Made by a program: the position numbers and the translations under genes. Under the pieces are notes generated by a model. The model did not search any database and was not told the origin of the DNA. It saw only the letters and a program-made list of their open reading frames with translations. Positions 60,380 through 64,000 of a stretch of 64,000 bases of DNA are shown here, piece by piece (the stretch's first letter is position 1; each line of letters opens with the position of its first letter). The DNA lies in the NCBI GenBank assembly GCA_002633005.1, contig NMRA01000101.1, positions 310,001 through 374,000 on the forward strand, given 5' to 3'. The stretch is from Phoronis australis. Taxonomy: Eukaryota > Animalia > Phoronida.

Positions 60380-60389
60380 ATTTAAATAG
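60380..60389 (-). promoter_or_regulatory. TATA box of the Kazal-repeat gene
   Basis: TATTTAAATG on - strand about 70 nt upstream of the ATG. Confidence 0.55.
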
Positions 60390-62902
60390 ATTCTGCAAAG
60401 GCGGGGGCTTTTAACAAATGCTAAGTTTCAGGAGCCGGATCGGAGATATGACCAGAACGGGGTGCCTACGCAGGAAGGAAATCGGGGGGTAGGGCCCAAT
60501 ACGTTAACTTCTGAGTATTATTTTAATCTGTTCACCGACACAGTGTAATTTGACGACCCAAGATCTGCTTTCACTTGCATTCATGAAATGTTAACAGACG
60601 GACACAAGAAAAGTCACATGCTTCCGAGCATGCGGACGAAAAAAAGGCCTGGTTTCTTTAATCTCACTCCCGACGAATTCTCTTCCGCAATATTGATCAG
60701 CAACTGCAGCAGTCTTGAAGACAATACTACTGGCCGAGTATCTGACCGAGTCTCCTCCAGAAAAATCCCGGATTCGCGCCGAATAAGTAGATAATTCTGT
60801 ATAAATATATAATGAACAGGAGCTCGTTGTCACGTCTACCTCTTACGTGACGTCCAGCTGCTCGTACCCCCCATTTTCGGTGGCCGAATTTGGAAAACCT
60901 TTCTTATCAGTAACCTGCCTCCTACTACCAGGGGTAGATTACAGTGGGAACTGTGTTCTAAGTAATAACCGAGAGAGACAGTTGCCAAGACAAGGACATA
61001 TTCAGTCTGAACAACATCCGTAGAGTTAAAGGCACGTGCCAGATAGACAATTCGCATGCACGCCATATGCATGCTGGACGTGTGGGCGAATAAAACGTTG
61101 TCACATTGCTGTAGATAACATAATTGCTATGTGAATGGCATTTTTGTGTAAAATATTCAGTCGCATCAGGAACTGCTTTACAAGTTTCAATGTAAAGCTT
61201 TGTTTCATATGGCATTTTCATAATTTCCTGTTTGTAAAATGCAGTGATAATAATCATGAAATTAATGAATATGTTAATGATGACGATGGTGTTGAAAGCA
61301 ATGGTGATGATGTTGATGTCGGTAACTGTGATGATAATGATGCTGCAGTTCAGTTCACACCGAGATAACGATCACTCGAGGCAATTTGCTATCAGTCAAA
61401 CAAGCCAGTAGAGTAGGCCAAATGTTTGATTATGTTGCTATTTAAAGCATATATGAGAAAATGACACCTTGATCTCATTTAAAAACACCCCAAGCAACAA
61501 TAAGAGCAGTCAACTTCTAAATTACCCGGTGACTTTTTCTAACAAACGTAAATTTTAACGCTCCTTAGGTCTACATCTACTTTTTACAGTAGTTAAATTG
61601 AGCACTTGAATCAGAAAGTGCTCGCCTCCAGAAAAAGTGCAGTCTTGTGTTTTTTCTCCGCCTCTGGCGACCACGGCAATCTAATAATACGAAACAAACA
61701 CAGAATGGGTAGTTGCTGGCTTCGCATTGTCTGGTAGAACTAAACAGGCTGCGTTTGCATGCACGGGGGGAGGGGTTGTATTTACACAACATTGTCCAGC
61801 TCAGCTCTCATTTTGTCGGTTTCGACTGGGAAAACACCTCAGCCATCGCGTTCCGTCGACAAAAATTGGTTCCGTTAAGTTCTCATCAAGACAAGAAATG
61901 ATATTTGGTCTTTCAAACAACTGATAGTTCGTATCCCAAACATGCGTTTCCGGCCGTAAATCAATTACATCTCTTTAAAGTGGATGTTATTGTGAGTAGC
62001 CTAACTAGTCTAGCCAAGTAATTTCCAAACTTACACCTAAATAAATTAAAGATAATAAATTCTACATAGATGAAACTAACAATTTCTTATCCTCATTTTT
62101 ATGTATTTTTTGTTATAATGCTCTTATATGATAAACAATTCATAGGTTATACGTCTGTCATTGTTTAGATAATCCATTGAGCAATTTAGCCCTACCCAAT
62201 AATCGCGACGAGACTTTTGCCGTAATGTATGATGATCAATGACTGCACCAATCTCTTTCGTAACCTTCAGTTGATTCTCTACTCGTTACCCACTTCTGTT
62301 TTATCACCGTTTCCACCAACTGAGCCATTTGGTATTATATGTGTTCACTCACAATAGGCAAATCAAATTCTAATTATGTACCAATCTCATATCTATAACC
62401 TCTTTGATGATTTTGTGAGTTTGTTTATTTTGAATTTGTATTTCAGTGACGCCTTTTCTCTCACTGACGGTAAATTTTCTTTGAATATTGTACTTTTCAA
62501 CATGGGGTGATTCGATTTGTAATGTACGGTTATTTTTTCTTGGTATACGAAAATAAGTCCTAGTGACTAAACAGTGATTACAATTTCGACTGTGTGAGAT
62601 CATCAAGTTCACGAGAAACAAATTCCAGGCCAAGCGACCAATTGATGATATTCTTCGGCCACCACAGTCGTTTGAATTGCTCATTATGGTTTTTGGTGGA
62701 AGATCCTACAGCCGTTGCCGTACGACGAGTACTCAACAGGCCCTTAGGAAAGCAAAAATTATTGGGGGTTGGGCGCACAAGCCATTTCGACGTCGCCAAA
62801 CAACTCCCCCATCGTCACCATCTCAGACACCCCCCTCCCCCCGTGCTCCCGATGCCACTATATTTGTACCGAATCTCCCACGTCCGCCCTAAGTGGGGGG
62901 CA

Positions 62903-63047
62903 CAGTGGCCGATATAAGGGTGCCAAGGGGCCATTGCCCTCCTAAAATTCTTCCAGTTGGCAGTTCGGGGGTGCTAATTTCAGACGGGTAAGACCCTGGC
63001 TAATACTCTGCCCTGACCCCCAACTCAAAATCCTGGATCCGCCCCTG
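62903..63047. mobile_element. MITE, reverse-orientation copy of 3454-3608
   Basis: cagtggccgat...ctggctaatactctgccctg...aaaatcctggatccgcccctg. Confidence 0.65.
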
Positions 63048-64000
63048 GGACAATCTCGGGGATGCAGCCATTAAGAGTTGAGTAACCGTGAATCAACACG
63101 GAGAGTAAGAATGGGCCTAGGACCATTACACTGACCGGTAGCGTGGAGCTACCTCAAGTAGCTACAGCTGAGATCTAAGAATGTGAACTAAAGCTAGTTG
63201 CTGGTCAGCTCAGCTATAATTCACTCGAGACAAACTTAATTTTATTATGGTCATTCTTTGAAGGAGTTTTTTGAAAAGGTGAAGCCCCGAAGTACTTGGT
63301 TTAGTGCCTTTGGGACTGTTTCAACATGTCTAGTTGAAACACGATAGGTAGTCCATTTTTGGTGGCTGGGGAAAAGGATAGGGTCTCAAAAATGTACACA
63401 CTTCCTGAACGCCTGGAGTTCAAACTCAGTTGCCTTGGATTTCATAATTAACCACCGGAAATAGTCCATTTGTGTAATTCACAAGTAGTGGTCTTCACGT
63501 TCTTCAAAATTCCACCCTTTCGATGGCGGTCAATCCTACTGTATTTCTTCACAGTTTTGTTGTTTGGGTCGAATGGCTGTGCTGTGCAAGAATTTTTTTT
63601 TTTTTGATGAATTTGGAATCTCAACTTCCCTCGTGAATACTTGGCAGTAAATAGAGGGACAAAGGGGCATTTCCCCCGAACTGTTGTCTCCGGAGGTGCC
63701 TCTGGAAAATATAGTTTTGCATTTGCGAAATTGACTTTTGTTACTGAATTTAAACATCCAGGAAATTAGTACGCAAAAGCTTCTATTTACAAATTTTCTC
63801 GATTTTTCGAAATATATGTGTGTGTTTAGACGATCTGTGCTGCAAAAGCGGAGACCCTAACGGCAATGTCCTGGCAAGAGTCCTCAAAAGGTAAACCATA
63901 CACTGATGCGGAGTTGTACCAGACAATGTTCTCTTGAATTTTCTCTCTTATCCGTATTTCGCAGTCTTTCTTTTCTCGACTGTCCCGCGCCCCACGCCAA

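Noticed and set aside
60400-64000. Short ORFs upstream of the Kazal gene
   Set aside because: No consistent exon chain or homology; intergenic DNA with MITE fragments

Overview
AT-rich, intron-rich eukaryotic DNA, most likely from an invertebrate bilaterian (species not determinable). Most entries in the ORF track are noise because the real genes are spliced. Four genes can be rebuilt by hand. (1) The 3' part of a SPIDR/KIAA0146-like gene on + (7 coding exons, 778-15182). (2) An intronless C/EBP alpha/beta/delta-type bZIP gene on - (21703-22563), with an overlapping uORF and an upstream CRE cluster. (3) A C/EBP gamma gene on + (34088-34456). (4) A 28-exon secreted protein on - (37097-60311, about 1287 aa) with 17 atypical Kazal-like six-cysteine domains, alternating acidic and Pro/Thr/Ser-Gly linkers, a His/Gly/Lys-rich tail, two apparently dead exons and a GC-AG intron. 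The order SPIDR -> <- C/EBP, C/EBPgamma -> combines two linkages that are separate in human (SPIDR-CEBPD and CEBPA-CEBPG). Introns and intergenic DNA hold a Penelope-like GIY-YIG remnant, a Kolobok-like THAP element with TTAA TSD, several Helentron-associated (HINE-like) elements and hAT-type MITEs. All family assignments come from recalled motifs, not database searches.
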